A DNA stretch of 64,000 nucleotides from Candidatus Nomurabacteria bacterium (GCA_020632075.1 JACKGH010000001.1:537778-601777); one strand, 5' to 3'; shown: positions 18,717 through 28,234, counted from the stretch's first letter. A program made the numbers and translations. The notes: generated by a model not told the origin, from the letters alone.

Positions 18717-20126
18717 TTATTTTAATTCTTGAATTAAAAGCTCTCTCAAGACTGCTGGATTTGCAGACCCCTTTGTCTTCTTCATACCTTGACCCAACAA
18801 GAATTGCAAAGCAGCATCCTTACCATTTCGGTACTCTTCCACAACAGACTCATTCTCAGTGACGATCTCCTTAACAAGAGCCCTCAAAGAACTCTCATCT
18901 GATACCTGCAGCAGACCTTTTCCTTCTGCGATCTCAAGAGGAGACTTGTCTGATCCAAATAATTCAGGGAGCATATCCTTTGCTACCCTCGACCCGATCT
19001 TACCCTCAGAGAGCATCTGCATCAAAGCAACGAAATGTTCAACATCGAGGTCAGACAAGCGATACTCCTCCTCACTGAGCAGTGCAGTAACGTCAGAGGT
19101 CAGATAGTTACCTGAAAGCTTCAATATCTCTGCGGACAATCTGGTTGACGAAACAATATCTGCAAAATACGGATCGAGGACTGGATTTGATATCAGAAGC
19201 TCAATCGTATCACTCGCCAATCCGAGATTTTTATAATCTGTCCTTTTTTCTAAAGGTAATTTAGGAATTATCTCGGATAAACGAGTTTCACTAAATGACT
19301 CATTTCTAGAGACATCAATCTTTGGAATATCTGGATCTGGGAAGTATCTATAGTCTTTAGCTGTTTCCTTGGAGCGCTGCGAAAATGTGCGAGTCTTCTG
19401 TTCATCCCAGCCGCGAGTTTCTTGAACTACCTGCCCACCATTTTCAAGAAGTTCTATCTGTCGTTTGATCTCAAACTCGATGGCACCCTCTACAGACTTA
19501 AATGAGTTGAGATTTTTCACTTCAACTTTTGTCCCAAACTCATCAGTCTTACTAACAGAGATATTTGCTTCGACACGCATTTCACCGCGCTCCATATTTG
19601 CATCAGATATACCGAGTGTCCGTAGTAGAAGTTGTAACTCTCGCGCAAAATTTCCAGCTGTCTCAGCATCATGGATGACCGGCTCTGTTACCAACTCCAT
19701 AAGTGGAACTCCTGAGCGATTGAAGTCAACAACACTCCCCTCTCCCTTGTCGTGTTGACTGCGTGCAGTATCTTCTTCAAGATGGACGCGAGTCAGTGTG
19801 ACACCAGACAGCTCGCCTCCGGAAAGAAACGGAAAGGCGTACTGACTGATCTGGTAGGCTTTTGGAATGTCTGGATAGAAATAATTTTTTCTATCGAACT
19901 CTGAGTAAGTGGCAGCTGTTGCACGGACTGCCTGACCAAACATGAGCACTTTCTTGATAGCCTCCTCATTTGGAGTTGGCAATGTGCCTGGGTGAGCAAG
20001 ACAAACTGGACATATATGTGTATTCGGATCAGAACCATGTGGCTCGTTTTTACAACCACAAAACATTTTGCTTGCTGTCTTTAGTTCAGCGTGAACTTCA
20101 AGACCAATCGTCGGGGTGTAGGACAT
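18717..20126 (-). CDS. gatB: Asp-tRNA(Asn)/Glu-tRNA(Gln) amidotransferase subunit B
   Basis: N-terminus MSYTPTIGLEVHAELKTASKMFCGCKNE...HICPVCLAHPGTLP matches the GatB signature; length 469 aa. Confidence 0.9.
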   Translation of the reverse strand: MSYTPTIGLEVHAELKTASKMFCGCKNEPHGSDPNTHICPVCLAHPGTLPTPNEEAIKKVLMFGQAVRATAATYSEFDRKNYFYPDIPKAYQISQYAFPFLSGGELSGVTLTRVHLEEDTARSQHDKGEGSVVDFNRSGVPLMELVTEPVIHDAETAGNFARELQLLLRTLGISDANMERGEMRVEANISVSKTDEFGTKVEVKNLNSFKSVEGAIEFEIKRQIELLENGGQVVQETRGWDEQKTRTFSQRSKETAKDYRYFPDPDIPKIDVSRNESFSETRLSEIIPKLPLEKRTDYKNLGLASDTIELLISNPVLDPYFADIVSSTRLSAEILKLSGNYLTSDVTALLSEEEYRLSDLDVEHFVALMQMLSEGKIGSRVAKDMLPELFGSDKSPLEIAEGKGLLQVSDESSLRALVKEIVTENESVVEEYRNGKDAALQFLLGQGMKKTKGSANPAVLRELLIQELK

Positions 20127-20216
20127 GATAAATGTTATAAAAATTACTCGCTAAAAACGTGAATCATTGTACGACGCAACCCTGCGAGAAACAAGCTGTG
20201 CTAATTCAGCGCACAA

Positions 20217-21185
20217 CTACAGTGAGCGGAGATGTTTCACCAGTTCATCTTGCAGATTCTTTAATGAATCAGGATCAGATTCGCTTACAACAAAGACACG
20301 TTTCTTGGTTTTGGCAAGAGCTTTGTAAGACTTTTCAATATGATCTTTATTTACAAGGTCTTTTTTAGTTAGAATAATCCATTCTTCCTTCTCTACAAGT
20401 TCTTTACTGTACTCGGACAGTTCTTCTAAAATGGTGTAATACTGTTTTTCAGGATTCTCATCCTCAAGGGAAACAAGGTGGAGAAGCATTTTTGTACGAG
20501 AAACATGTCGCAAAAACTTATGTCCAAGCCCCTTCCCTGCGGCAGCCCCCTCGATGAGACCTGGAATGTCTGCTATCGTAAATCCGTAAAGATCACCGAG
20601 GTGTGGTTCTACTGTCGTGAAAGGATATGCGCCAATACGTGAGTGCGCATTAGTTAGTGTATTGAGTAATGTAGACTTCCCCGCATTCGGTACACCAATT
20701 AAACCAACATCCACCATCAAGGAAACTTCGATGAGAAACTCTCCTGCTTCTCCCTGTTTACCGCCAGTAGATTGTTCGGGTGCTCGGTTAATTGAGGACT
20801 TGAAGTATTCGTTGCCAAGTCCACCACCACCACCCTTTAGGACGCGAACTGTCTCACCTACCTCTGACACCTCAAATACACGACGTCGTTCAACATCGGT
20901 TACTCGTGAGCCTACCGGGATATCTATGTAGATATCAGAACCATTCCGGCCAGCTTTACTCTGATTGGTTCCCGCTTCGCCATTTTCAGCAGCAAACAAC
21001 TTGTGTCCGGTATACTTTGAGAGTCGGTTCAGATCTTTAACTGCACGAACATACACATCGCCGCCGCGGCCACCATCACCGCCAGCGGGGCCAGCTAGTG
21101 GCTTAAATTTTTCGTGACGCCAACGAACAACGCCGTTTCCGCCGTTGCCTGCTTTTGCATGAATTGTCAGTTCGTCGACAAACAT
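20217..21185 (-). CDS. obg: GTPase Obg/CgtA
   Basis: MFVDELTIHAKAGNGGNGVVRWRHEKFKPLAGPAGGDGGRGGDVYV (Obg fold glycine-rich N-terminus). G1 motif GLIGVPNAGKSTLLN and G3 DIPGLIEGA. Confidence 0.9.
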   Translation of the reverse strand: MFVDELTIHAKAGNGGNGVVRWRHEKFKPLAGPAGGDGGRGGDVYVRAVKDLNRLSKYTGHKLFAAENGEAGTNQSKAGRNGSDIYIDIPVGSRVTDVERRRVFEVSEVGETVRVLKGGGGGLGNEYFKSSINRAPEQSTGGKQGEAGEFLIEVSLMVDVGLIGVPNAGKSTLLNTLTNAHSRIGAYPFTTVEPHLGDLYGFTIADIPGLIEGAAAGKGLGHKFLRHVSRTKMLLHLVSLEDENPEKQYYTILEELSEYSKELVEKEEWIILTKKDLVNKDHIEKSYKALAKTKKRVFVVSESDPDSLKNLQDELVKHLRSL

Positions 21186-21282
21186 ATGTGTGAGAACACT
21201 ACCTCAGAAATGGATAAATCGCAATAGTATTACGAGTTTGTCTAGGTAACACAGACAAGTTTCGGTATGAACACTAGCGCTT

Positions 21283-21309
21283 AAAAACCACCAGCTAACT
21301 GGTGGTTTT
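21283..21309 (-). terminator. Rho-independent terminator downstream of the DUF360 gene (bidirectional-looking)
   Basis: aaaaa CCACCAG ctaa CTGGTGG tttt. Confidence 0.5.
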
Positions 21310-21331
21310 GCACATGCTATAAGCCTCGAAA

Positions 21332-21709
21332 CTACTCTACTTCCCGGTATTCAATCGTCTTCTTGGTAGACTCTTGGTTGATCCAGCGATTACCCACCGC
21401 ACTTACAATACTCATAAGCAGCGAACCTATGAGGGCATACCAGAAACTGTCGACCTTGAAATCATCGAGTATAGAGGCCGCAAACATGAATAGTAGCGCA
21501 TTGATAACGAAAGCAAACAACCCTAGGGTAAGAATGGTGATAGGTAGTGTCAGGATAAGTAAAACCGGACGGATGATCAGATTGAGTAGACCTAGGACAA
21601 CTGCAGCAATGATCGCGGGGTATACACCATTAACGGTGATACCATCAACATATCTAGCAATGAGGAGTAGGCCTAATGCATTGAAAAGTAGTCTTAGAAT
21701 AAGCGTCAT
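21332..21709 (-). CDS. DUF360 / phage-holin-family-4-like small membrane protein (YvlD-like), 4 TM
   Basis: MTLILRLLFNALGLLLIARYVDGITVNGVYPAIIAAVVLGLLNLIIRPVLLILTLPITILTLGLFAFVINALLFMFAASIL resembles Phage_holin_4_2/DUF360. The longer ORF start at 21778 would translate the terminator hairpin, so the shorter start at 21709 is preferred. Confidence 0.55.
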   Translation of the reverse strand: MTLILRLLFNALGLLLIARYVDGITVNGVYPAIIAAVVLGLLNLIIRPVLLILTLPITILTLGLFAFVINALLFMFAASILDDFKVDSFWYALIGSLLMSIVSAVGNRWINQESTKKTIEYREVE

Positions 21710-21744
21710 GTCATTATTGTACCTTGGACTACTGTGAATACAAA

Positions 21745-21767
21745 GGGCGGGCCCGAAGGGCCCGCCC
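21745..21767 (-). terminator. GC-rich hairpin terminator downstream of secA
   Basis: GGGCGGGCCC gaa GGGCCCGCCC, followed by TTTGTATT on the minus strand. Confidence 0.5.
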
Positions 21768-21794
21768 GTTGTATTCATCCGCTTCTGACTTACT

Positions 21795-24317
21795 CTACTT
21801 TTCTACAATACCCCAACCTTGCTGCAGTAACGGTTCGGCTTTTTTATACTTCACCTCTTCAGTCTCGGAGCCGTTAGTGATCGTCACTAGATCATTTCGT
21901 CCGTATGTTTTTTGGCTGACTACCGGCGCTCGTTTCCTTGTCTTACTCTCAACTGTCTCTCCTGCAGCGGCTTGTGCAACCTCAGCCTCGTGCTTGCGCT
22001 GCTCTTCTTCCTTTGCGATCACCTGTGGTTGTACTCGTGGCAATACCTCAGCGATACGCACATAGAGTACTTCTTGCATCTCTTTGAAGAGACGGTTCCC
22101 TTCCTTGCGGTACTCAATAAGCGGATCTCGTTGACCATACGCACGAAGTGACACACTTGATCTGGTGTACCCCATCACCTCAAGGTGTTCAACCCAAAGC
22201 ATATCGATCATCTGCAGCACCATACGACGGAACAGATCCATAAACACCTCCTCACCAAACTCCGCCTTCTTTGCTTCAATCACTTCTACTGTCTCAGGAA
22301 AGGCTTCGGTTAACTCTCGCACCACAGTTTCAACTTCTTCTGGATCGGCTTCAAGCAAGCGGCGTCGACGTGCGTAGATAACCTGACGCTGTAAGTTCAG
22401 CACATCATCGTATGCAAGGATCTGCTTTCGAGAATCAAAGTGAAAACCTTCGATCTTCGTCTGTGCGCTTTCTAATGTATTGCTGATCATCTTCATCTGG
22501 ATCGGCTGGTCTTCTGGGATCTTGAAGGTGCCCATCAAGCTTTTTACTCGATCACCACCGAAGACGCGCATCAATGAGTCATCCATCGACACGAAGAACT
22601 GCGTCTCACCAGGATCCCCCTGACGACCTGAACGACCACGGAGCTGATTGTCGATGCGACGTGCCTCATGTCGCTCTGTACCAAGCACAAAGAGTCCACC
22701 AAGCTGCTTGATCTCTTCAGACTGCTCCTTGGTCGCCTCTGGACCACCAAGCTTAATGTCAACACCACGACCAGCCATGTTGGTAGCAAGGGTCACCGCA
22801 CCCTTCCGACCAGCTGCAGCAATGATCTCTCCTTCATGCTCATGATTCTTTGCATTAAGCATTTGATGTTCAATACCAGCCTGTGTAAGGGCTGTAGAGA
22901 GGCGTTCATTTGATTCAATAGACGCAGTACCGATCAAGATCGGCTGGCCAGTCTTATGCACTTCTTTCACCTTATCAATGATAGCTTTGAACTTACCTGC
23001 TTCATTCTGGTAGATCAGATCCTGCTGGTCGATACGCTGTACATCGCGGTTGGTAGGTACTGGAATAACCTCCAAATTGTACACGGTGAAGAATTCTTCC
23101 TGCGACGTCAGGGCTGTACCGGTCATGCCAGACAACTTGTCGTACATACGGAAGTAGTTCTGATATGTAATAGATGCAAAGGTCTTTGACTCCTTCTGGA
23201 TCGCAACACCTTCCTTGGCTTCAACCGCTTGATGAAGGCCTTCAGACCAACGCCGTCCTGGCTGTAAACGGCCCGTGAATTCGTCCACGATCACGACTTC
23301 CCCATCGCGAACCACGTACTCTTTGTCTTTCGTAAACAGTGCCTTGGCGCGGACCGCTGTCTCAAGGTGGTGGACGTACTTGAGTCCTTTATCGGTATAG
23401 ATATTGTCGACACCGAGCATCTTCTCCGCCGCTTCAATACCGGCGTCGGTAAGTGTCGCACTCTTATGTTTTTCATCTACGGTGAAATGCTCTTCTGCGG
23501 TAAGTTTCGTAGCAATAGCTGCAAAGGTTGGATAGAGATTTTCGTTGTCAGCAGCTGGTGCAGAAATGATGAGCGGTGTACGAGCTTCGTCGATCAAAAT
23601 CGAGTCGATCTCGTCCACGATCGCATATGAGTGATACGGCTGTCGGAGTCGGTCTGCTTCGTACTCAATATTATCTCGTAGGTAATCAAACCCGAACTCG
23701 CTATTGGTACCGTAGGTGATATCGGCAGCGTACGCATCCTGCCGCTCACAAGGTCGCAAGAAATCATAGACCACTTTGAACGACCCCTTTTCATCACGCT
23801 CCCCATCCTTCTCTACGTGACCTGGGTCATAGAGGTATGACGCCTCGTGATTGATCACACCAACTGACAAACCAAGCTTCGCATACACCTGACCCATCCA
23901 AACTGCGTCACGCCGCGCAAGGTAGTCGTTAACTGTAACTACATGCACACCCTTGCCGGTGAGTGCATTAAGTGTGGCTGGCAATGTAGCCACGAGTGTT
24001 TTACCTTCACCCGTACGCATCTCAGTGATCTTGCCGCGATGCAAGATCACACCACCAATAAGCTGCACATCATAATGACGCATACTCAAAGTACGCTTCG
24101 CAGACTCACGCACCAGTGCGAACACTTCAGCAAGTACATCATCGAGAGACTCACCACTTTGTACACGCTCTTTACACGCAGCAAGGCGTTCAACGAGGTG
24201 GTCGTCTGACAACGCAGCGATCTCAGTTTCAAACTCATTGATCGCTGTTACAAGAGGTTTGATCTGCTTCAATTCCTTCTCGTACGTAGGCCCAAAAAAT
24301 CTATCCAAAAATGACAT
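21795..24317 (-). CDS. secA: Preprotein translocase ATPase SecA
   Basis: MSFLDRFFGPTYEKELKQIKP...MRHYDVQLIGGVILHRGKITEMRTGEGKTLVATLP plus DEAD-like motifs; ~840 aa. Alternative start at 24338. Confidence 0.9.
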   Translation of the reverse strand: MSFLDRFFGPTYEKELKQIKPLVTAINEFETEIAALSDDHLVERLAACKERVQSGESLDDVLAEVFALVRESAKRTLSMRHYDVQLIGGVILHRGKITEMRTGEGKTLVATLPATLNALTGKGVHVVTVNDYLARRDAVWMGQVYAKLGLSVGVINHEASYLYDPGHVEKDGERDEKGSFKVVYDFLRPCERQDAYAADITYGTNSEFGFDYLRDNIEYEADRLRQPYHSYAIVDEIDSILIDEARTPLIISAPAADNENLYPTFAAIATKLTAEEHFTVDEKHKSATLTDAGIEAAEKMLGVDNIYTDKGLKYVHHLETAVRAKALFTKDKEYVVRDGEVVIVDEFTGRLQPGRRWSEGLHQAVEAKEGVAIQKESKTFASITYQNYFRMYDKLSGMTGTALTSQEEFFTVYNLEVIPVPTNRDVQRIDQQDLIYQNEAGKFKAIIDKVKEVHKTGQPILIGTASIESNERLSTALTQAGIEHQMLNAKNHEHEGEIIAAAGRKGAVTLATNMAGRGVDIKLGGPEATKEQSEEIKQLGGLFVLGTERHEARRIDNQLRGRSGRQGDPGETQFFVSMDDSLMRVFGGDRVKSLMGTFKIPEDQPIQMKMISNTLESAQTKIEGFHFDSRKQILAYDDVLNLQRQVIYARRRRLLEADPEEVETVVRELTEAFPETVEVIEAKKAEFGEEVFMDLFRRMVLQMIDMLWVEHLEVMGYTRSSVSLRAYGQRDPLIEYRKEGNRLFKEMQEVLYVRIAEVLPRVQPQVIAKEEEQRKHEAEVAQAAAGETVESKTRKRAPVVSQKTYGRNDLVTITNGSETEEVKYKKAEPLLQQGWGIVEK

Positions 24318-24359
24318 AATGGGCGTAGTATAGCGCAATCTGGCTAAATATAAAGCAAA

Positions 24360-24377
24360 ATCGCCCTTTCGGGCGAT
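24360..24377 (-). terminator. Hairpin terminator downstream of the Lys-rich protein gene
   Basis: ATCGCCC tttc GGGCGAT; the minus strand is followed by TTTTGCTTT. Confidence 0.4.
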
Positions 24378-24423
24378 TATGCAATAAGTCGTACTTGGAG
24401 GCGACGAGTCACCTCCGGTGATA

Positions 24424-24648
24424 CTACTTTTTTCGACGAGTTGTCTTCTTTGCTGCCTTTTTCTTTGCGGTCTTCTTTACTGCCTTCTTTGCAGTCTTCT
24501 TTACCGCCTTCTTCTTAGTAGCCTTCTTTGCAGTCTTCTTAACAGCCTTCTTTGCTGTCTTCTTTACTGCCTTCTTTGCCACCTTTCGAACAGCCTTCTT
24601 AGCAACTTTCTTGGTTGACTTCTTAGCAACCTTTTTCTTTGCTGGCAT
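24424..24648 (-). CDS. Lys/Ala-rich basic repeat protein, histone H1/Hc1/HU-tail-like (putative nucleoid-associated protein)
   Basis: 74 aa, about 45% Lys. Reiterated AKKAVKKT units (24-nt period). Flanked by hairpin terminators on both sides, with an AT-rich upstream region. Confidence 0.5.
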   Translation of the reverse strand: MPAKKKVAKKSTKKVAKKAVRKVAKKAVKKTAKKAVKKTAKKATKKKAVKKTAKKAVKKTAKKKAAKKTTRRKK

Positions 24649-24801
24649 AGCGTGATGAGAGATAGGGTATGAATAAAACTCGACCGCAATACCTTCTCAC
24701 TTTTTCAAAGAACATCCCAAGAGAAGATTTTTGCTTATCAATATTATTGCGCGTTCTTCGACGTTACACAATTCTTTTTATGAAAAAAATTTGTGGATAA
24801 T

Positions 24802-24844
24802 GAAAACGCACAAAAAATTTTTTAAAAATTTTTTGTGCGTTTTC
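24802..24844. terminator. 43-nt perfect palindrome (bidirectional terminator) downstream of murB
   Basis: GAAAACGCACaaaaaattttt t aaaaatttttGTGCGTTTTC; a 10-bp GC-containing stem extended by an A/T palindrome, with T/A runs on both sides. Confidence 0.55.
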
Positions 24845-24851
24845 ACTTTCA

Positions 24852-25934
24852 CTAGTCGATCATGTTCACTTCAGATTCAATCGTAATTCCAAATTCATCA
24901 CTGATCGCAGACACGATCTTCTCTACAAATGAATGGACATCTGCAGCTGTCGCACCCTCTTCAGTCACGATCGAGAGTGAGTGCTTTGGTGAAAGACCAA
25001 CATATGCATCGCGTCGCTCTCCATATGTCTGCTTATTGTACGGCGAACACTCCATCAAAAACGCTGTCGAGATCTTCACTTGGCCATCAGGTAATTCCCA
25101 GTGCCATGGACTAAAGGCAGCATCTTTCTCAGAAAACTTTTTCACAACAACACGTTGAACTGATTCAAATACTTCCGTACTGACAATAGTGTTTTTGAAA
25201 AATGATCCTGCTGAACGAAATTGTCCGGGCAGCATGCCGATATTGCTTCTGACGTTAAGCACAGCCTCACGCACATCGGCGATGGTCGGTGTGGCTATGT
25301 CTTTCTCTGCTAAATAGCGCTCAATACTTTGTGAAGCACTGCGGTAGGTAAAGTCAGCCTTGCCGGCCGGCGCCAGACGAAAGGTGACGGCAGCCACAAT
25401 AAGACTGGCGCCGGCCGGCTGCTTGAAGATACTATCGCGATACCCAAAGGCACATTCACCTGCAGTTACGGTTATAAACTCGCTCGTCTTCCAGTCAAAT
25501 ACTTGCACCGAATCAATCGTTGTCGCAGCAGACGCACCGTAGGCATTGATATTCTGAATTGGTGCAGCACCAACTGTACCAGGGATACCAGAGAGATTCT
25601 CGAGGCCAGCCAGGCCGCGGCCGACGGTGTCCTCAACGAAACTATCCCAACTCTCACCTGCCGCTGCAGTCACCAACACAGTGTCACCGTCGGCCGCGGC
25701 CGTGATCCCTCTGAGTTCGTTCTTCACCACCAACCGTTCGATCACACTATCAGACACGAGAACATTCGATCCGCCACCAAGCACGCAGACATCAAGCTCT
25801 GCGTCTTTAGCGTATTCAGCAATGAGTGGAAGCTGTTGCTCGTCAGTCAAATGAACGAAGTGCTGCGCAAGACCGCCCACCCCAAGTGTGGTGAGCGGTG
25901 CAAGCGGTACGTTGTATGAAACGTCAAGCTTCAT
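24852..25934 (-). CDS. murB: UDP-N-acetylenolpyruvoylglucosamine reductase
   Basis: LAPLTTLGVGGLAQHFVHL...VCVLGGGSNVLVSD FAD-binding signature; C-terminal MurB domain; 360 aa. Confidence 0.85.
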   Translation of the reverse strand: MKLDVSYNVPLAPLTTLGVGGLAQHFVHLTDEQQLPLIAEYAKDAELDVCVLGGGSNVLVSDSVIERLVVKNELRGITAAADGDTVLVTAAAGESWDSFVEDTVGRGLAGLENLSGIPGTVGAAPIQNINAYGASAATTIDSVQVFDWKTSEFITVTAGECAFGYRDSIFKQPAGASLIVAAVTFRLAPAGKADFTYRSASQSIERYLAEKDIATPTIADVREAVLNVRSNIGMLPGQFRSAGSFFKNTIVSTEVFESVQRVVVKKFSEKDAAFSPWHWELPDGQVKISTAFLMECSPYNKQTYGERRDAYVGLSPKHSLSIVTEEGATAADVHSFVEKIVSAISDEFGITIESEVNMID

Positions 25935-25937
25935 GTG

Positions 25938-28163
25938 TTATTGACAGCCTTCCTGCGGATCACGTCCACCAGCAATATTTTCTGCAAAACACTGTGCAGT
26001 TGGAGCAAACTCCGGCAATCGCTCTGCTGCTGTGTTGAGTGTTTCAATCGCTTTTTCACCCATATCCTGCTGATAGTACAAGAATGCTAAAGTTGCCCAG
26101 TTTTGTGGATCTTCCACCCACTTGAGTCCCGTGGCTGGGTCTGTTGCTAAACGATACTCAAATAGTTTTGCTACAAAATCATACTGCCCCGCCTGGTTGG
26201 CTGAACTGATCAAGAAATCACTTTTAGCAAACTGCATCATGAGGCGATTTTGATCGACCTCATCGTTATCACTCTGCATAAGTGCAGCAGCGGTCGAGGT
26301 TGCGCCGACTTGGAAGAGTGCCGCCGCATAGAATTCACGCGCCTGCAGATTTCGTTCATCTAGTTCGTAGGCTTCTTTGAAGTACGACACTGCTTCATCA
26401 TTCTTTGCCTGTGTCAGCGCGACGAATCCCTGCTGCTGAATGATCGCCTGCTTCAGTGGCGAATACTGTCGCGCTAAGGCCATATGTTCTGCCGCTTTAT
26501 CAAGCTGATTAGTGGCACGATAGTAACTACCGATAAAGACCTCAATACGTGCGTCACCAGGCTTTTCGGTCTCAAGTCGCATGAGTTGTTCTTCGGTGTA
26601 GGCAGCATACTGCGCTCGCACCTCTTCTGGTATCTGCGGATTACGTGCCACGCTGATCGTCTGCTGCGCCAACTGCTCAGTGATCTCTTGGTGAGCAAAA
26701 GAATTTCGATCGACAGCGCGTTCAAATGCATCCAGCCGCTTAACAGGGTCTGCTGCCTGGAACCCATCGATCACGTCAGCGGCAGCATGCATACCTGGCA
26801 AGTGAAACTTGTAGATACCAACGATCAGTGCGACAACAACGAGCGGCGTTGCAAACTGAGTCAGGATCATGTTGTCGACTTTTATATTTGCCACCTTCTC
26901 AGGGATATTGCCAACTCGTGACGTGATGAGCGCAAGAATGATCGCGAAGAAAATGTAGCTGACAATGTTATCAAACACTACCAAGTTGTGTGTGAAGTAT
27001 CCAGCAAGAATACCGAGCAACACTCCTCGCTCCATCACATCAAATGTCTCATCTTCAGGATGTATGAGCGGTCGCACAAACAAGTACCAGATACACCACA
27101 CGAAGATGCTGAGATATGCCAAGAGACCGAGAATACCACCGGTGATCAACCAGTCCATGAAGATGTTGTGAGCCCGGTCGAACCATTGTTCCTGAGCGTA
27201 GAGACGTGGGTCGTAATACTTATTGAAGACGTAATTGAAGTTACTTTGACCATAACCAAGCAGTGGTTCTTCTTTCACCCCTTCCCATGCAACACCCCAG
27301 ATGATGCTACGGATGCGGAGATCGTCGAGAGAGATGTTGGCGATACGAGCGAGGTTTGGACTGTTCTGTACAAACTGTGTATCACGACCCAAAATGAAAG
27401 CTGATGCAGCAATCACAAGCAGTGCCACACCACCGATCGCATACTTTCGGTACTGTTTGAACTGTGTACCAAAAATACCAATATACGCTGACATCGTGAA
27501 CACACCGACCGCAAGACCGATCGCAGTACCACGAGTACCAGTCTCAATGAGTACGAACGTGAACATGGCAGCCAAAAAACCATACAGCAATTTAAGCTGT
27601 GTTGAACGAGATTCGACAAACAGCCAAAAGGCGATAAAGATGTGGAAGAGCATGTAGATCGCCATGTATGCCGCATTACCAAGACGACTGTCGATACGAC
27701 TACTACCATCGATCAAGCCTCCATACTGTGCCAGACCGTAGAAGGCCACTGCAAACGCAACAGCGAGTGAGGTATTGAGCAGATAATTCCAATGCTGCTT
27801 GGTCTGCAACATGCTGCCGAGTACGAGCATGTACAGGAAGGTGTGTACGAGCGAAACGTAGCCGTCCATTCGTTCGAAGTTGCTCCAGAAGCTTGAACTT
27901 GGGTGTTGACCAAAGAGATTGGCAAAAAACATCACAATGAGGAGAATGCCGAAGCTCCAAACAATGCCTGAGATTCGAGGACGATACTTGATCTCGTAAC
28001 ACGCGAGTAAGATCCAGGCCGCGAAGGTTACATCGACCAGAATTCTGAACCAGAAGTTCTTACCAGTAATAAATGGAAAAAAGTAATCATTCTCAACGTA
28101 GAGCGTGAGAAACGGTACCGCGAACAATCCAACGAGTACCACCGCTTTCAAAACATCTTTCAT
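25938..28163 (-). CDS. O-antigen ligase/polymerase-like (Wzy_C-type) polytopic membrane protein fused to a C-terminal TPR-repeat domain
   Basis: About 11 TM helices with the ...IETGTRGTAIGLAVG... loop typical of the O-antigen ligase family. C-terminal ~330 aa with TPR-like helical repeats (AVSYFKEAYELDERNLQAREFYAAALFQVG). Confidence 0.55.
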   Translation of the reverse strand: MKDVLKAVVLVGLFAVPFLTLYVENDYFFPFITGKNFWFRILVDVTFAAWILLACYEIKYRPRISGIVWSFGILLIVMFFANLFGQHPSSSFWSNFERMDGYVSLVHTFLYMLVLGSMLQTKQHWNYLLNTSLAVAFAVAFYGLAQYGGLIDGSSRIDSRLGNAAYMAIYMLFHIFIAFWLFVESRSTQLKLLYGFLAAMFTFVLIETGTRGTAIGLAVGVFTMSAYIGIFGTQFKQYRKYAIGGVALLVIAASAFILGRDTQFVQNSPNLARIANISLDDLRIRSIIWGVAWEGVKEEPLLGYGQSNFNYVFNKYYDPRLYAQEQWFDRAHNIFMDWLITGGILGLLAYLSIFVWCIWYLFVRPLIHPEDETFDVMERGVLLGILAGYFTHNLVVFDNIVSYIFFAIILALITSRVGNIPEKVANIKVDNMILTQFATPLVVVALIVGIYKFHLPGMHAAADVIDGFQAADPVKRLDAFERAVDRNSFAHQEITEQLAQQTISVARNPQIPEEVRAQYAAYTEEQLMRLETEKPGDARIEVFIGSYYRATNQLDKAAEHMALARQYSPLKQAIIQQQGFVALTQAKNDEAVSYFKEAYELDERNLQAREFYAAALFQVGATSTAAALMQSDNDEVDQNRLMMQFAKSDFLISSANQAGQYDFVAKLFEYRLATDPATGLKWVEDPQNWATLAFLYYQQDMGEKAIETLNTAAERLPEFAPTAQCFAENIAGGRDPQEGCQ

Positions 28164-28234
28164 ATGGCTGCCACTATACCATGCTGGGAGTAGCTCGAAT
28201 CCCTAGACGAGGACAAAAACGGGAGGTATAGAAA

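Noticed and set aside
20127-20216. Possible inverted repeat tgtgc...gcaca between gatB and obg
   Set aside because: It is only 5 bp with a long loop, consistent with chance.
21710-21778. Extended N-terminus (MNTTGGPFGPALCIHSSPRYNND) of the DUF360 ORF
   Set aside because: These codons are the translation of the GC-rich secA terminator hairpin (GGGCGGGCCCgaaGGGCCCGCCC). The internal Met at 21709 is the plausible start.
24339-24851. tRNA or other small RNA genes in the larger intergenic gaps (also 17507-17585, 21186-21331, 32196-32329, 39496-39571, 62038-62126)
   Set aside because: No cloverleaf-compatible arrangement (7-bp acceptor stem with a GTTC-like T-arm) was recognisable. The gaps are explained by terminator hairpins and promoter regions.
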